Shown here: positions 10,903 through 20,296 of the stretch, piece by piece
Layout of the letters: every line of letters starts with the position of its first letter
How positions within the stretch are numbered: the first letter of the stretch is position 1
Assembly: GCA_965200875.1 (NCBI GenBank)
Contig: OZ241456.1
Location: 832,001-896,000, forward strand
DNA length: 64,000 nt
Direction of reading: 5' to 3'
DNA from: Bdellovibrionales bacterium
GTDB lineage: Bacteria > Bdellovibrionota > Bdellovibrionia > Bdellovibrionales > UBA1609
Translations under genes and position numbers: made by a program
The notes under the pieces: generated by a model
What the model was told of the DNA's origin: nothing
The model's database searches: none
The model's input: the letters and a program-made list of their open reading frames with translations, nothing else

Positions 10903-11313
10903 TTAGAGTTTTTTGGGAGTCCATTGTGCATAAGAGGCCAACTCCTTTGCATGGGTAATTTGATCGTCTCTTTTTATTCTTGCAGGCAAACGAATGTCGG
11001 CATGGTATGGGTTATCTGGAGTGGATGTTGCTTGTATTGTTCTGTTATTTTTTCGGGCTAATAAGGCCTTGATTTTTGCCCAACCATAAAAAGATCGGTT
11101 TGTATTTGATTTTTTTGATCGTATTTCTGCATTTTTATCCTGAATGTGAATTAGTTTTTTTACAGAGCAAAAACCAAACCGATCTACAGAAATAGGGTTG
11201 TTTTCTCTTTCTAAAAAAGCACGATGTCTTACTTTGTTTCCATCACGGCTTATTTGTCCATTGGAAAACACAGCTCTGCCTAAAAAGTCATCGTCATAAA
11301 TATCTTTACGCAT
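10903..11313 (-). CDS. Small putative toxin, ADP-ribosyltransferase-like fold
   Basis: LGRAV (R), AF, ISVDR (S) and NPYHADI motifs in ART-like spacing. Last gene of a coupled triad. Confidence 0.55.
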   Translation of the reverse strand: MRKDIYDDDFLGRAVFSNGQISRDGNKVRHRAFLERENNPISVDRFGFCSVKKLIHIQDKNAEIRSKKSNTNRSFYGWAKIKALLARKNNRTIQATSTPDNPYHADIRLPARIKRDDQITHAKELASYAQWTPKKL

Positions 11314-12226
11314 TTTGTATATATCTGTCCTCTTTATGGGAAATGTAATTGACTTTTTCCCAGTTTAAAGGTTTTGGTGTTTTTAATTCCAAGAGAGTGT
11401 TTTTTGAAGAAAATTTTTCAAATTGATTCAGCTGATTTTTGTCATCCAATTTGTGTAACACTTTCCATAACAAGTTATTAGAAAGAAAATCTTCAATATT
11501 GTCACAACGAAAGTGGCTGTTTTTGCCATCTAAAGTGGAAAAATATGCCACACTGCCTTTGGAATCACAAAGTATAAGTATGCCTCTTCCGGGTTGAGGA
11601 GTTAAGTCAATAGCAATTTCTTGATTTTCTGTAGGGTATATATCATAATCATAGTCTGGAAATTCTACATAAACTTCATTTAAAATTTGCTGGGTGTTTT
11701 CTCTAGCTGTTTCGGAAAAAGTGTCAAACCCTTCTTGTTTACATTCTTCTTCTAAGTGGTTTATAATTCTATGTAAGTTTCTTAATATGTTACTTTGATT
11801 TTTAATTATTACTTCCTGTTGTATTACTTTTTGTGTTTCCAGTGTACTTTGTATTGTATCGTGGTGTGACTTGTCCTTCTCTTTTATAAAGGCATGATTT
11901 TCTTTTTTAGATTTCATACTGTCAAGGTAATGCTGTTCCTCAGTATAAGATAATAAGTTCCATATCTGCTTTTCAGGTATAGTTTTTTCAGCCAGTGCGT
12001 ACTTAGTATTGTCATCAAATGGTGAGTCATATAAATTGGTGTTTTTTGAAAAATAATAAGGACTTGTTCTGATGGAACTTATGAAAGCACCTGTATTAAT
12101 GTCCAGCTGATCCAATATCTTTAAGTTAAGCGCAAGCTTTTCCAAAGAGGAATAAAAGGGATTAAAATCTTCCTTAGATACTTGTTCCAAAACAGATGAT
12201 TGCTTTCTCCAAAATTTCCATTTCAT
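11306..12226 (-). CDS. Hypothetical protein, putative antitoxin
   Basis: Central helix plus a DIYPTENQEIAI beta-meander. It overlaps both neighbours (ATGA and 8 bp). Confidence 0.55.
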   Translation of the reverse strand: MKWKFWRKQSSVLEQVSKEDFNPFYSSLEKLALNLKILDQLDINTGAFISSIRTSPYYFSKNTNLYDSPFDDNTKYALAEKTIPEKQIWNLLSYTEEQHYLDSMKSKKENHAFIKEKDKSHHDTIQSTLETQKVIQQEVIIKNQSNILRNLHRIINHLEEECKQEGFDTFSETARENTQQILNEVYVEFPDYDYDIYPTENQEIAIDLTPQPGRGILILCDSKGSVAYFSTLDGKNSHFRCDNIEDFLSNNLLWKVLHKLDDKNQLNQFEKFSSKNTLLELKTPKPLNWEKVNYISHKEDRYIQNA

Positions 12227-12879
12227 TGAAACATTCCTATAAATTGTTTTGCTTGATTGTAATTTTTGGGCAATTCTTCGATAATGGTTTCTTTATTATC
12301 AGCATACTCGCCCGGATAATGTATGTTTATGTGAAAAAGAGGAACAAAATCTGGTTTAGCTGTTTGAGAACTGTGTTCTACTGCTGGCTTTTTTTCCAAT
12401 CTTCTGATTGTAACATTAAACTTTTTTCCTTTGACAGAATAAGATAACTCGATATTATGTATTGTTCCCTTGTTATTTTCAAAACTTAAGTGAGTACTTT
12501 CCAGTTTTACAATTTTTTCCATAATAGAGTCATATTTTACTTCATTTATAAAGTCAAAATTAATGCCAATAGCTTGATATTTAATATATTCAAATATTTT
12601 AACATATTTAGATGATATATCTTTTAAAAGATTTAGATTTTTTTCTTGTTCAATAATATTGGAACCTGAAAACTGAAAAATTGTTCTATCCGGTTCAGTT
12701 GTTATATTAAACCCGTTAGTGTAATTTATTTGGCTGAAAACTGGTGTGCTAATGGAGTTGCCTTTTTTTTCAAAATTTTCAGGAATAATTTTTTTATTTT
12801 CTAAAAATTCATGGTTTACGGGTGGCAAATAATTCCGTGTCGTCAACACTATAGAACATTTTACTAATATTAATGACAT
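12223..12879 (-). CDS. TIGR04255-like protein (putative SecB-like chaperone)
   Basis: SIVL...NHEFL...IIP, ITTEPDRTIF, YQAIGINF and FHINIH pattern recognised by eye. Confidence 0.5.
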   Translation of the reverse strand: MSLILVKCSIVLTTRNYLPPVNHEFLENKKIIPENFEKKGNSISTPVFSQINYTNGFNITTEPDRTIFQFSGSNIIEQEKNLNLLKDISSKYVKIFEYIKYQAIGINFDFINEVKYDSIMEKIVKLESTHLSFENNKGTIHNIELSYSVKGKKFNVTIRRLEKKPAVEHSSQTAKPDFVPLFHINIHYPGEYADNKETIIEELPKNYNQAKQFIGMFQ

Positions 12880-13252
12880 TGTTTCTTTAAAATCTCCAGT
12901 TAATCAGTTAACACTTTGTTGTTAACTACAAGCAGTATTTCTGCAAAGTTTTTCTCGCTCGACTGATTCAAATTATTTATACCATAACCTGATCAGTAAA
13001 TCCTAATTTTTTTTTGGGCTTTCAAAATCCATATTTTCGTGGGTGGATGGACTTGCCTGTCACTCCTGTTCTGAATAGAAAAAACTCTTTTTTTTAAGCA
13101 CTTAGCCGGCCTTCGAGGCAGGTTCTGTCCCATTTTAAGATCAAATAAGTGCAAGGATACACCGCTCAAGACTGATATGACAGGAGGTGGGTTTAAAGTT
13201 TGCAATATTTGCTCAGCCACTTTTTAGACTCCACTGCTCCTGAATTTGTTGT

Positions 13253-13738
13253 TTATATATATTCTCCGTCCCAAAGCTGGTGATACCCCTTTTTAACCAA
13301 ATCTTCTTCTCTTTGATCATATTTGTCACAAAAGTCATGGTAACGTTTGTCGTCTGCAAATTGCTCCAGTTTGTTTTCTTTTATCAATATCTCCAGTAAC
13401 TCCACCTGCTCTTTTGCCAAGTCCTCCCATTCCTCCCAGGGAATGCGTTTATTTCCGAAAAAGGCGCAACAACTACTAATGTACTCTCTAAGATATACAT
13501 AAACCGGCAAAATATTAATAAAGTGTCTTTTTTCTCCAGAGTGTGGAGAACCTACATCTATAGCTACAATCCATCCCAGAGCAAATAGTTTGAGAAATTT
13601 TTTTCTACTCCATTTTTCCTTAATTAAAGCCAATAAAAGCTTATCGTTTTCGAAAATATATCTCCCATGTTTTTCAAAAAAGTCACTTGCCACTATGCAG
13701 TCCTGATCTAAAATATTTACAAATTTTTGTAGCTTCAT
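13253..13738 (-). CDS. Putative immunity protein
   Basis: 161 aa with an acidic C-terminus. Its ATG overlaps the toxin TAA (TAATG). Confidence 0.65.
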   Translation of the reverse strand: MKLQKFVNILDQDCIVASDFFEKHGRYIFENDKLLLALIKEKWSRKKFLKLFALGWIVAIDVGSPHSGEKRHFINILPVYVYLREYISSCCAFFGNKRIPWEEWEDLAKEQVELLEILIKENKLEQFADDKRYHDFCDKYDQREEDLVKKGYHQLWDGEYI

Positions 13739-15849
13739 TATTTAAGTTCCATAAAACTTATGATATTTTCTCCACCTTCTGTAAGGGTAGGGGCAGAAGG
13801 AGCTTTAATCGCCTTAAAGCCTTTTCTTTTTGCTATATGACCCAAGATATGAGTCGCTTCATAAGCATTAGGTGTGACATTTGTCAATTCTGTCGCAATA
13901 GCTTTTTTTGTTAAGGGACTGTCGCTGTTCTTGCTGAGTTGTTTTAAAACATTTGGGTCTGTTAAATCTAGGACCTTGTCCAATTCGATGTTTTTAGAAC
14001 CAATATGAAACAAATCTTCCACTTGTTGATTTGTGATTCGCTTACCTTTAAAACCAGCAGTTATCTCCCTGATAGCAGTTTTGCGACTTAAAGAAGTGTA
14101 AATGGCTTCTTCCCCGGGAATGGAATACCGCCGGCTGAGGTATGAAGCATTAGGGCGAAACTTAAACAAATCCTCCTGTTGGTTGGAAAAAATACGCCCT
14201 GACCGACTACTGTAACCAGACTTCCTTACTCCTCTCCATACTTCATCTTGTACTAAAACAGGTTGAACTTCATCCATGTTTTTGTAAACTAAAGCATAAG
14301 TATCACCCACTCTTACCAATTCTGCAGAATTTGGAACTGCGTCCTTTCCCAACTCTCGCGCAAAGCGCATCTGCCTTGCCAAAAACTCCTCTCCTGATAC
14401 TGGTAATTTCACACCTGAAGAAGCTAAATCGTCCAAAGCCTTTGTATAATCTTCCACACCAGACTTCCCAGCTAAACGCAAACCCCGCTCTACTTCCCCT
14501 TTTGCAGGGTTTTCTCGTGAAAAAGCACGGCCTAAAAACTTAAGTCCTATTTTTATCTCCTGCCTTGTCCTTAAACCTATATCCTCCATAGCTTTAAAGA
14601 AAACAGCAGGGGACTCCTTCACTATCTTTGCTAAACGGGAATCACTCATAGCTCGAAGATTTTTAGCCAAAAGCTTTTTGTTGATCTGGCTTAAAACTTT
14701 GTCTGTTGTTTTTAAAGACTGCTTAATTGCACTGGAACTCACTACTCCACCGCTTAAACTGGAAAGCGCAATGCCCATTACCGACATAGATCTTTCGAAA
14801 GCTGTAAGAGATCTGCCTGTGAGAAGATGCCTACCTGTAAAAGCTTCATATACATCTTTTCCAAGGCCCACAACAGGAAGAACACCCAGAACAATGTCGG
14901 CCATTCCTTCACCTATCTGATAGGCCAACTCCGCCTCTAGCTCATTTCCCGCTGAATACTCTTCATCGGCTGTCTCCACTGCCGACAAGCCTATCTCCCT
15001 AGCTCTTATCCCTTGCTCATGGTAAGGGTTGGAGGTACGCAATTTTTCATACAATTTTTTGGTTTTTTCCAAAAATTCGCCTGCTGGCGACTGAAACTCA
15101 TAAGGTGGTTCTTTAGGGGCGGATAATTTTTCATCATTTAAAAAACTAAGCTGGCTTCGGTCATATTGCGTCCTTAAAGCAGACTTGGCAACATCTCGCA
15201 CATTTTCCACATAAAGACCACGAGGGTCTGCATGATAAAGAGCACGCATATCAATATTTTCTGTTTCTCGGACAAATAATTGATCCAGAGATTGGCTTAA
15301 AGAGGCTATATCATTTTTAACCTTGTTAAAGTCTGCAGTAATAAGATTATTGAAAGAAGCTAAAGCGTTTTTCTGGCTTTCTTCTTCCAGTATGAATAAA
15401 ACTTGCTGAACAAGCTTCCCTTTTTTTGTCTCACTTAAACCATTTAAGAGAAAAGAACTTTCAATGATACTTTCAGCTTCTTGATCCATTTGAATGGTAA
15501 TTTGAGCAAAAGAACCCTGTTGAGTTAATTGTTGTTTTTCTTGAGTAGGTTGTTTTCTTTGAGCGGATAGTTTTGGTGGATTTTGGTGGGAATCAAAGGG
15601 GAGTGAAAAAGTCAGCCATTTTTGACTCATACGATCCTGCAAATTTACAAATTGCTCACTTAACTTGGAACACTCCTGTTTTATTTTCTCTTCTGACATT
15701 TTTGGAAGTGTAGGAATTTCCAACTCACCAATAGTTATTCCTGAAAAACAATATTCAGTTAAGAGTTGATCTGAATTTTTTTTACCAGAAGTGCAGGCAG
15801 ATAATAAAAAAATAAGAATAAAAACCGCTAAAGAAGACATTTCATTCAA
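13738..15849 (-). CDS. Lipoprotein polymorphic toxin with pre-toxin TG and C-terminal RES domains
   Basis: Lipobox LSAC. PT-TG: LPVVGLGKDVYEAFTGRHLLTGRSL..ER. RES: WRG, RYS..GEEAIYTS..TAIRE, VLDLTD, GFKAIKAPS..GGENII.F. Confidence 0.85.
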   Translation of the reverse strand: MNEMSSLAVFILIFLLSACTSGKKNSDQLLTEYCFSGITIGELEIPTLPKMSEEKIKQECSKLSEQFVNLQDRMSQKWLTFSLPFDSHQNPPKLSAQRKQPTQEKQQLTQQGSFAQITIQMDQEAESIIESSFLLNGLSETKKGKLVQQVLFILEEESQKNALASFNNLITADFNKVKNDIASLSQSLDQLFVRETENIDMRALYHADPRGLYVENVRDVAKSALRTQYDRSQLSFLNDEKLSAPKEPPYEFQSPAGEFLEKTKKLYEKLRTSNPYHEQGIRAREIGLSAVETADEEYSAGNELEAELAYQIGEGMADIVLGVLPVVGLGKDVYEAFTGRHLLTGRSLTAFERSMSVMGIALSSLSGGVVSSSAIKQSLKTTDKVLSQINKKLLAKNLRAMSDSRLAKIVKESPAVFFKAMEDIGLRTRQEIKIGLKFLGRAFSRENPAKGEVERGLRLAGKSGVEDYTKALDDLASSGVKLPVSGEEFLARQMRFARELGKDAVPNSAELVRVGDTYALVYKNMDEVQPVLVQDEVWRGVRKSGYSSRSGRIFSNQQEDLFKFRPNASYLSRRYSIPGEEAIYTSLSRKTAIREITAGFKGKRITNQQVEDLFHIGSKNIELDKVLDLTDPNVLKQLSKNSDSPLTKKAIATELTNVTPNAYEATHILGHIAKRKGFKAIKAPSAPTLTEGGENIISFMELK

Positions 15850-15933
15850 AACCTTACTTTATTGCGCTTCCCTGCGATTTTAAAAAACTCTTTTCTTATA
15901 TTATAATTTTATTTTAAAGTCAAGGTTTTACTC

Positions 15934-15961
15934 TAAAGTTTGAAACCAAGAGGACCGATAA
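15934..15961 (+). promoter_or_regulatory. Sigma28/FliA-like promoter upstream of bioA
   Basis: TAAAGTTT-N12-ACCGATAA, against the canonical TAAAGTTT-N11-GCCGATAA. Confidence 0.45.
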
Positions 15962-16010
15962 GCTATTTTATAGCCTGTTTGAATCAATTTTTTAAGATAA
16001 AAAGTAAATT

Positions 16011-17309
16011 ATGAAAACATCCTCTCAAGATAAAAAAATCTGGCTTCCTTATACTCAGATGAAGAAAATTAATTTTTTGCCTGAAGCTCAATCCGCTAAA
16101 GGGAGTCGCATTTACCTTAAAAATGGACACTCTGTCATTGATGCTATTTCCTCTTGGTGGGTTATCACCTTAGGGCACTGCGAACCTTCCATCGTTTCTG
16201 CTGTGCAAAAACAGGCAGAGCAAATGGATCAGGTTTTGTTCGCAAACTTCAGTCATGCTCCTGCAAAAAAACTCCTGAAGGAAATGCAAAAAATTTTACC
16301 AAAAGAACTGCCTTATCTGTTTTTTTCTGACAATGGTTCTACAGCCGTAGAGTCCGCACTTAAAATGGCTATGCAAAGCTGGAAACAAAAAAAATCTGGA
16401 ACATCATCACAGAGAAACAAATTTATTTCTTTTAAAAACTCCTATCACGGAGACACAGTTGGTGCAATGAGTGTAAGTGGAAGAAATCTTTTTACACACC
16501 CCTATAAGAAAATGTTATTTTCTGTTATTAGAGCAAACCAAGGTGTTCGGTCCAGTGATCCTATTTCAGCGTATGTTTCTGACTTTGAAGAAAAGGTAAA
16601 AAAATATCACTATACTTTGGCAGGTGTTATAATCGAGCCGTTTATTCAGGGAGCTGGTGGCATGATTATGTGGCCTAAAAAAGCTCTTGAGGAAATTTGT
16701 GCTATCAGTAAAAAAAAGGGACTTTATCTTATATTTGATGAAGTTATGACAGGGTTTGGAAGAACAGGAGAGCTGTTTGCCTTTCAAAAACTGGGTATTG
16801 TGCCGGATCTTTTATGTCTCTCCAAAGGACTCACTGGTGGCATTTTGCCTTTGGCTTTGACAGTAGCCAATAAAGAAATTTACGATAGTTTTTTATCCGA
16901 TGAAAAAAAACAAATGTTTTTTCATGGACACAGTTTTACAGGCAATCCCATATCATGTTCTGCCACACTGGCGAATGTTAAAACTATAAATCAAGTCAAG
17001 TGGAAAAAAGAATGGCGCAGAATAGAAACTTTTCATCAAAAAAAAGTAAACACCATTAAAGATCATAAAAATCTGTTGGATGCGAGAGTTTGTGGCACTG
17101 TATCTGCACTTGAATTTCGCCTGCCACACAGAGGGTACAGCTCTCATTTTGCTGAAGAGCTGACAGGAAGAGCTATGCAAGAAGGGATATTCCTGCGTCC
17201 GCTTGGCAATATTGTGTATATTTTACCACCCTATTGTGTCAGTAACGAGGAGCTGGAATGGATATGGACCTTTATTGAAAAAGAGCTTAATCGTATCAAG
17301 TCTCCGTGA
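16011..17309 (+). CDS. bioA: Adenosylmethionine-8-amino-7-oxononanoate aminotransferase
   Basis: IWLPYTQM, DAISSWW, YHGDTVG, FDEVMTGFGRTG, SKGLTGG, HGHSFTGNP and LRPLGN motifs. Confidence 0.97.
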   Translation: MKTSSQDKKIWLPYTQMKKINFLPEAQSAKGSRIYLKNGHSVIDAISSWWVITLGHCEPSIVSAVQKQAEQMDQVLFANFSHAPAKKLLKEMQKILPKELPYLFFSDNGSTAVESALKMAMQSWKQKKSGTSSQRNKFISFKNSYHGDTVGAMSVSGRNLFTHPYKKMLFSVIRANQGVRSSDPISAYVSDFEEKVKKYHYTLAGVIIEPFIQGAGGMIMWPKKALEEICAISKKKGLYLIFDEVMTGFGRTGELFAFQKLGIVPDLLCLSKGLTGGILPLALTVANKEIYDSFLSDEKKQMFFHGHSFTGNPISCSATLANVKTINQVKWKKEWRRIETFHQKKVNTIKDHKNLLDARVCGTVSALEFRLPHRGYSSHFAEELTGRAMQEGIFLRPLGNIVYILPPYCVSNEELEWIWTFIEKELNRIKSP

Positions 17310-17412
17310 TCAAGCTTTACAAAAAGCAAGCAAATTAAAAAATGTTTGTCTTTGTTTTAAAATTTTCAAATGGATCGATCCTGAAAAAATGGACAAGCGA
17401 CACCATTATTCA

Positions 17413-18453
17413 TCAAGAAAATAGAGTACTTACAGAACCTTTGGAGTGAATCCTTTGCATGGCTTTAGCTACGAGAGGAGCGACAGAAACACAATGTATT
17501 TTTTGTGTTAAATTCTGATTTTCTTTCTCTGGAAGGTTTTCTGTCTCACTTTCAGTATGTTTTTTCGGAGTGGTATCTTTACTGTTTTTTTTGGATGGGT
17601 TTATCCAGTCGGTTGTTGGTTTTACCAATTTCCAAGGTATAGTATCTGTTATCCAAACTTCTTTTAAGGGGCTGTTTTTAATCCTGTGTAAGGCCGGATG
17701 GGAAAAAACAGCATGGGTGGCTATAGCGTACACTTCCTTTGCTCCATGTTGAATAAGACGCTCAACACCGGTGGAGAGAGTACCGGCAGTGTCAATCATA
17801 TCATCTATAATAAGAGCCGTTTTATCCTTTATATCACCAATAACATGGAAAGCATCAGCAGAATTTGGTTTAGTTCGTCTTTTATCTATAATGGCTATGG
17901 GACTTTTAATTATTTTTGCAAAAGAGCTTGCTCTTTCCACTGCTCCAGCATCGGGACTGACACATACGACATTTTTCAAATCTCTTTTTTTTTCCAACCA
18001 TGTTTTGGCCATAACCGGAAAAGCAAATAAATTATCTACTGGGCCATTGAAAAAACCCTGAATTTGAGGAGCGTGCAAATCTATCGTCAGTAGCCTTTTG
18101 GCTCCTGCAGTTTGACAAAGATCCGCTACACATTTGGCGGATATAGGTGCGCGAGGTTCAGCTTTTCGATCCTGACGAGCATAACCGTAATAGGGCATGA
18201 CTAGAGTAATTTCCTGAGCAGAAGCTCTTTTCATGGCATCCATCAGGATAAAGAGTTCCATGTAGTTTTCGTTTACTGGTGCGCAGGTGCTTTGTATGAT
18301 AAACACATCAGAACCACGTACATTTTCTTTGATAGACACTCGCACTTCGCCATCTGCGAAGCGAGAAATCTCACAATCTCCCAAAGGGATATTTAAGTGG
18401 TTCGCCACTTTTTTTGCAAATTTTGGATTGGCGTTGCCTGTAAAAATTTTCAT
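17413..18453 (-). CDS. prs: Ribose-phosphate pyrophosphokinase
   Basis: FADGE, PYYGYARQDRK, VSPDAG and IIDDMIDTAGT motifs. Has a ~35-aa polar insertion near the C-terminus. Confidence 0.97.
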   Translation of the reverse strand: MKIFTGNANPKFAKKVANHLNIPLGDCEISRFADGEVRVSIKENVRGSDVFIIQSTCAPVNENYMELFILMDAMKRASAQEITLVMPYYGYARQDRKAEPRAPISAKCVADLCQTAGAKRLLTIDLHAPQIQGFFNGPVDNLFAFPVMAKTWLEKKRDLKNVVCVSPDAGAVERASSFAKIIKSPIAIIDKRRTKPNSADAFHVIGDIKDKTALIIDDMIDTAGTLSTGVERLIQHGAKEVYAIATHAVFSHPALHRIKNSPLKEVWITDTIPWKLVKPTTDWINPSKKNSKDTTPKKHTESETENLPEKENQNLTQKIHCVSVAPLVAKAMQRIHSKGSVSTLFS

Positions 18454-18473
18454 TGAAATATTTTTTTTAGTGG

Positions 18474-18932
18474 TTATTTTTTAATACCTTCTGATTTGTT
18501 TTTATCTGCTTTTATCTTATGTGAATTTGGAGAGTTCAGCAGTAATAAAGTTTTTATGTCTGCTTCTATTCTGTTAAATCTTTCGTCTATTTTATTAAAT
18601 CTTTCGTTGAATCGGGATTCTATGTTGTCAAGGCGTGAGCTGGTTTGAGATTCCATATTGTCCAGCCGTGCGTTGGTTTTGCTATCCAGATAACTTATAA
18701 AGCCTGCAAATAAAACGAATCCACTTATTACAACCCCTAAAGTCCAAAGCTTTAAATCTTTTTTCAAAAGCTCCAGATCTTTTTTATTGATAGCTCTTTG
18801 TTCTATGGTTCGAACAATAGCCTCTGCCTGTTCGACTGTAAAGCCACTTTCTGTCAGATGATTGATCTGTTGTTTTGTTAAATTACTTTCCATAACTCCT
18901 TGGATGATGAATGAAATAGGCCATAAAGTCAA
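18474..18932 (-). CDS. DUF1640/CCDC90-like TM plus coiled-coil protein
   Basis: LTESGFTVEQAEAIV head, then K.DL..LK.DL, a TM helix and heptad repeats. Confidence 0.65.
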   Translation of the reverse strand: MTLWPISFIIQGVMESNLTKQQINHLTESGFTVEQAEAIVRTIEQRAINKKDLELLKKDLKLWTLGVVISGFVLFAGFISYLDSKTNARLDNMESQTSSRLDNIESRFNERFNKIDERFNRIEADIKTLLLLNSPNSHKIKADKNKSEGIKK

Positions 18933-19134
18933 ATATATATATTTTTACCCTGTAACCATTTGATCTGACTTCCACCCAGAAAACAAGTCAGTGATTCAAT
19001 AACTTAAAAACTGTCTTTTTATGTAATTTTGGTCAGAGAAAAAATGGTGATCCACTTCCGTGGTATCTAAATTTTTGGGGTCAAGAACATTACAAGACTT
19101 CAGTTTTAAAATCCGAGGTGAAAATCCTTAAATA

Positions 19135-19186
19135 CTTGACTTTTACCCCCCCCCGTTAGTCTGGAGGTATCTCGATTAAATGAGAT
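19135..19186 (+). promoter_or_regulatory. Sigma70-like promoter with C9 tract in the spacer and a leader hairpin (copy 1)
   Basis: TTGACT (19136-41), 15-nt spacer containing C9, TAGTCT (19157-62), then ATCTC-GATTAAAT-GAGAT. 47/52 identical to 29281-29332. Confidence 0.75.
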
Positions 19187-19203
19187 TTTAAAAGGAGTAT
19201 TTT

Positions 19204-20073
19204 ATGAAAAAGATAATGAATAAAAATGTATTAATTGGCTTTGGTTTTGGTTTTTTATTGTCGGCTGTCTTGTTTTTTGTAGGAGGGGCTGGAATCACTA
19301 AGAGAGAATTATCAGCTGGTGATCATGGTACAGAAGAAGACCGGAGAAATGAAGGTGCAAGAATAGATTTGTATAGAAAAAGCCCCACTTTACAAGGTGC
19401 TAAACTGCGCCTGCCGACAGAACCGGACGCGTACAAGATTCGAAAGCTTAATAGCGTAAGCAGTAATTACTTAGATAATCAAGGATTCATATCGAGACTT
19501 TTTACATTTCTTACTGGTTTTACTACTAGTGTTAGGGGCTCGCAAGCCGATCGGAAGAGATATAAAACTAATTATTCATGTGGTATTAATAATTATTTTG
19601 ATGAATATAGATATAAGACAGATGTTCCATTTAGGTGTGATTTGAGCGGTGCAGATTTGCGTGAAAAGGATTTGAGCGGTGCGATTTTGAATTTTTCTAC
19701 TTTTTATAAGGCAGATTTGTCCGGTGCTAATATGTCAAATATACAGGCTATAGATTCAAATTTTGAAGAGGCAAATTTGTCCGGTGCAAATTTAACTGAT
19801 GCGGAGTTACCTAGAGCAAGATTTGTAAATGCAGATTTGAGCGGTGCAGATTTTACCAATGCGGATTTGTTTAATATGAGATTGCAAAATTCAAATGTGA
19901 ACAATGCGAATTTTACAAATGCAATTTTGTACGAAGCGATTTTTAAAGAAATGGACTTGAGCGGTGCAGATTTTACCGGGGCGAAAGTTAGACCATACCA
20001 AGTGGAATATTTAGAAGCACAGGGTGTAAGTGGTTTTGTTGTTGTTGAAGCACCTCTAGTAAAATTTTTCTAA
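19204..20073 (+). CDS. Pentapeptide-repeat protein with an N-terminal signal/TM segment
   Basis: A(D/N)LxG repeats in the C-terminal half. RBS AAGGAG. Confidence 0.92.
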   Translation: MKKIMNKNVLIGFGFGFLLSAVLFFVGGAGITKRELSAGDHGTEEDRRNEGARIDLYRKSPTLQGAKLRLPTEPDAYKIRKLNSVSSNYLDNQGFISRLFTFLTGFTTSVRGSQADRKRYKTNYSCGINNYFDEYRYKTDVPFRCDLSGADLREKDLSGAILNFSTFYKADLSGANMSNIQAIDSNFEEANLSGANLTDAELPRARFVNADLSGADFTNADLFNMRLQNSNVNNANFTNAILYEAIFKEMDLSGADFTGAKVRPYQVEYLEAQGVSGFVVVEAPLVKFF

Positions 20074-20109
20074 ATTCTCTTAATTTTCATAACTTCCTTT
20101 GGTTAGAAG

Positions 20110-20139
20110 AAGCCTGTTTTAATCTCAGACGGGCTTTTT
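20110..20139 (+). terminator. Intrinsic terminator
   Basis: AAGCCTGTTT/AGACGGGCTT stem followed by a T run, after the pentapeptide gene. Confidence 0.65.
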
Positions 20140-20216
20140 CGTTTTAAGGGAATCATAAGCAACCGGGGGTTGGTTATATATCACTGAGAATGAAAATCTA
20201 TCAGAGGGAATCAAAT

Positions 20217-20248
20217 AAAAAAGCCTCTTCTTTTTGGGAAGAGGCTTA
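20217..20248 (-). terminator. Intrinsic terminator
   Basis: AAGCCTCTTC/GAAGAGGCTT stem plus a T tract on the minus strand, after the TPR gene. Confidence 0.75.
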
Positions 20249-20296
20249 ATGGTGTTGTTGTTGAGTGGTAGGTTTTAAGTTGTTAAGAGCGACCGA

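Noticed and set aside
10452..10952. 166-aa ORF as an intact gene
   Set aside because: It overlaps the upstream gene by 50 bp and has an A/T-biased tail. Only a 20-aa stretch looks meaningful.
12993..13220. 75-aa ORF
   Set aside because: No convincing family. At most a decayed fragment.
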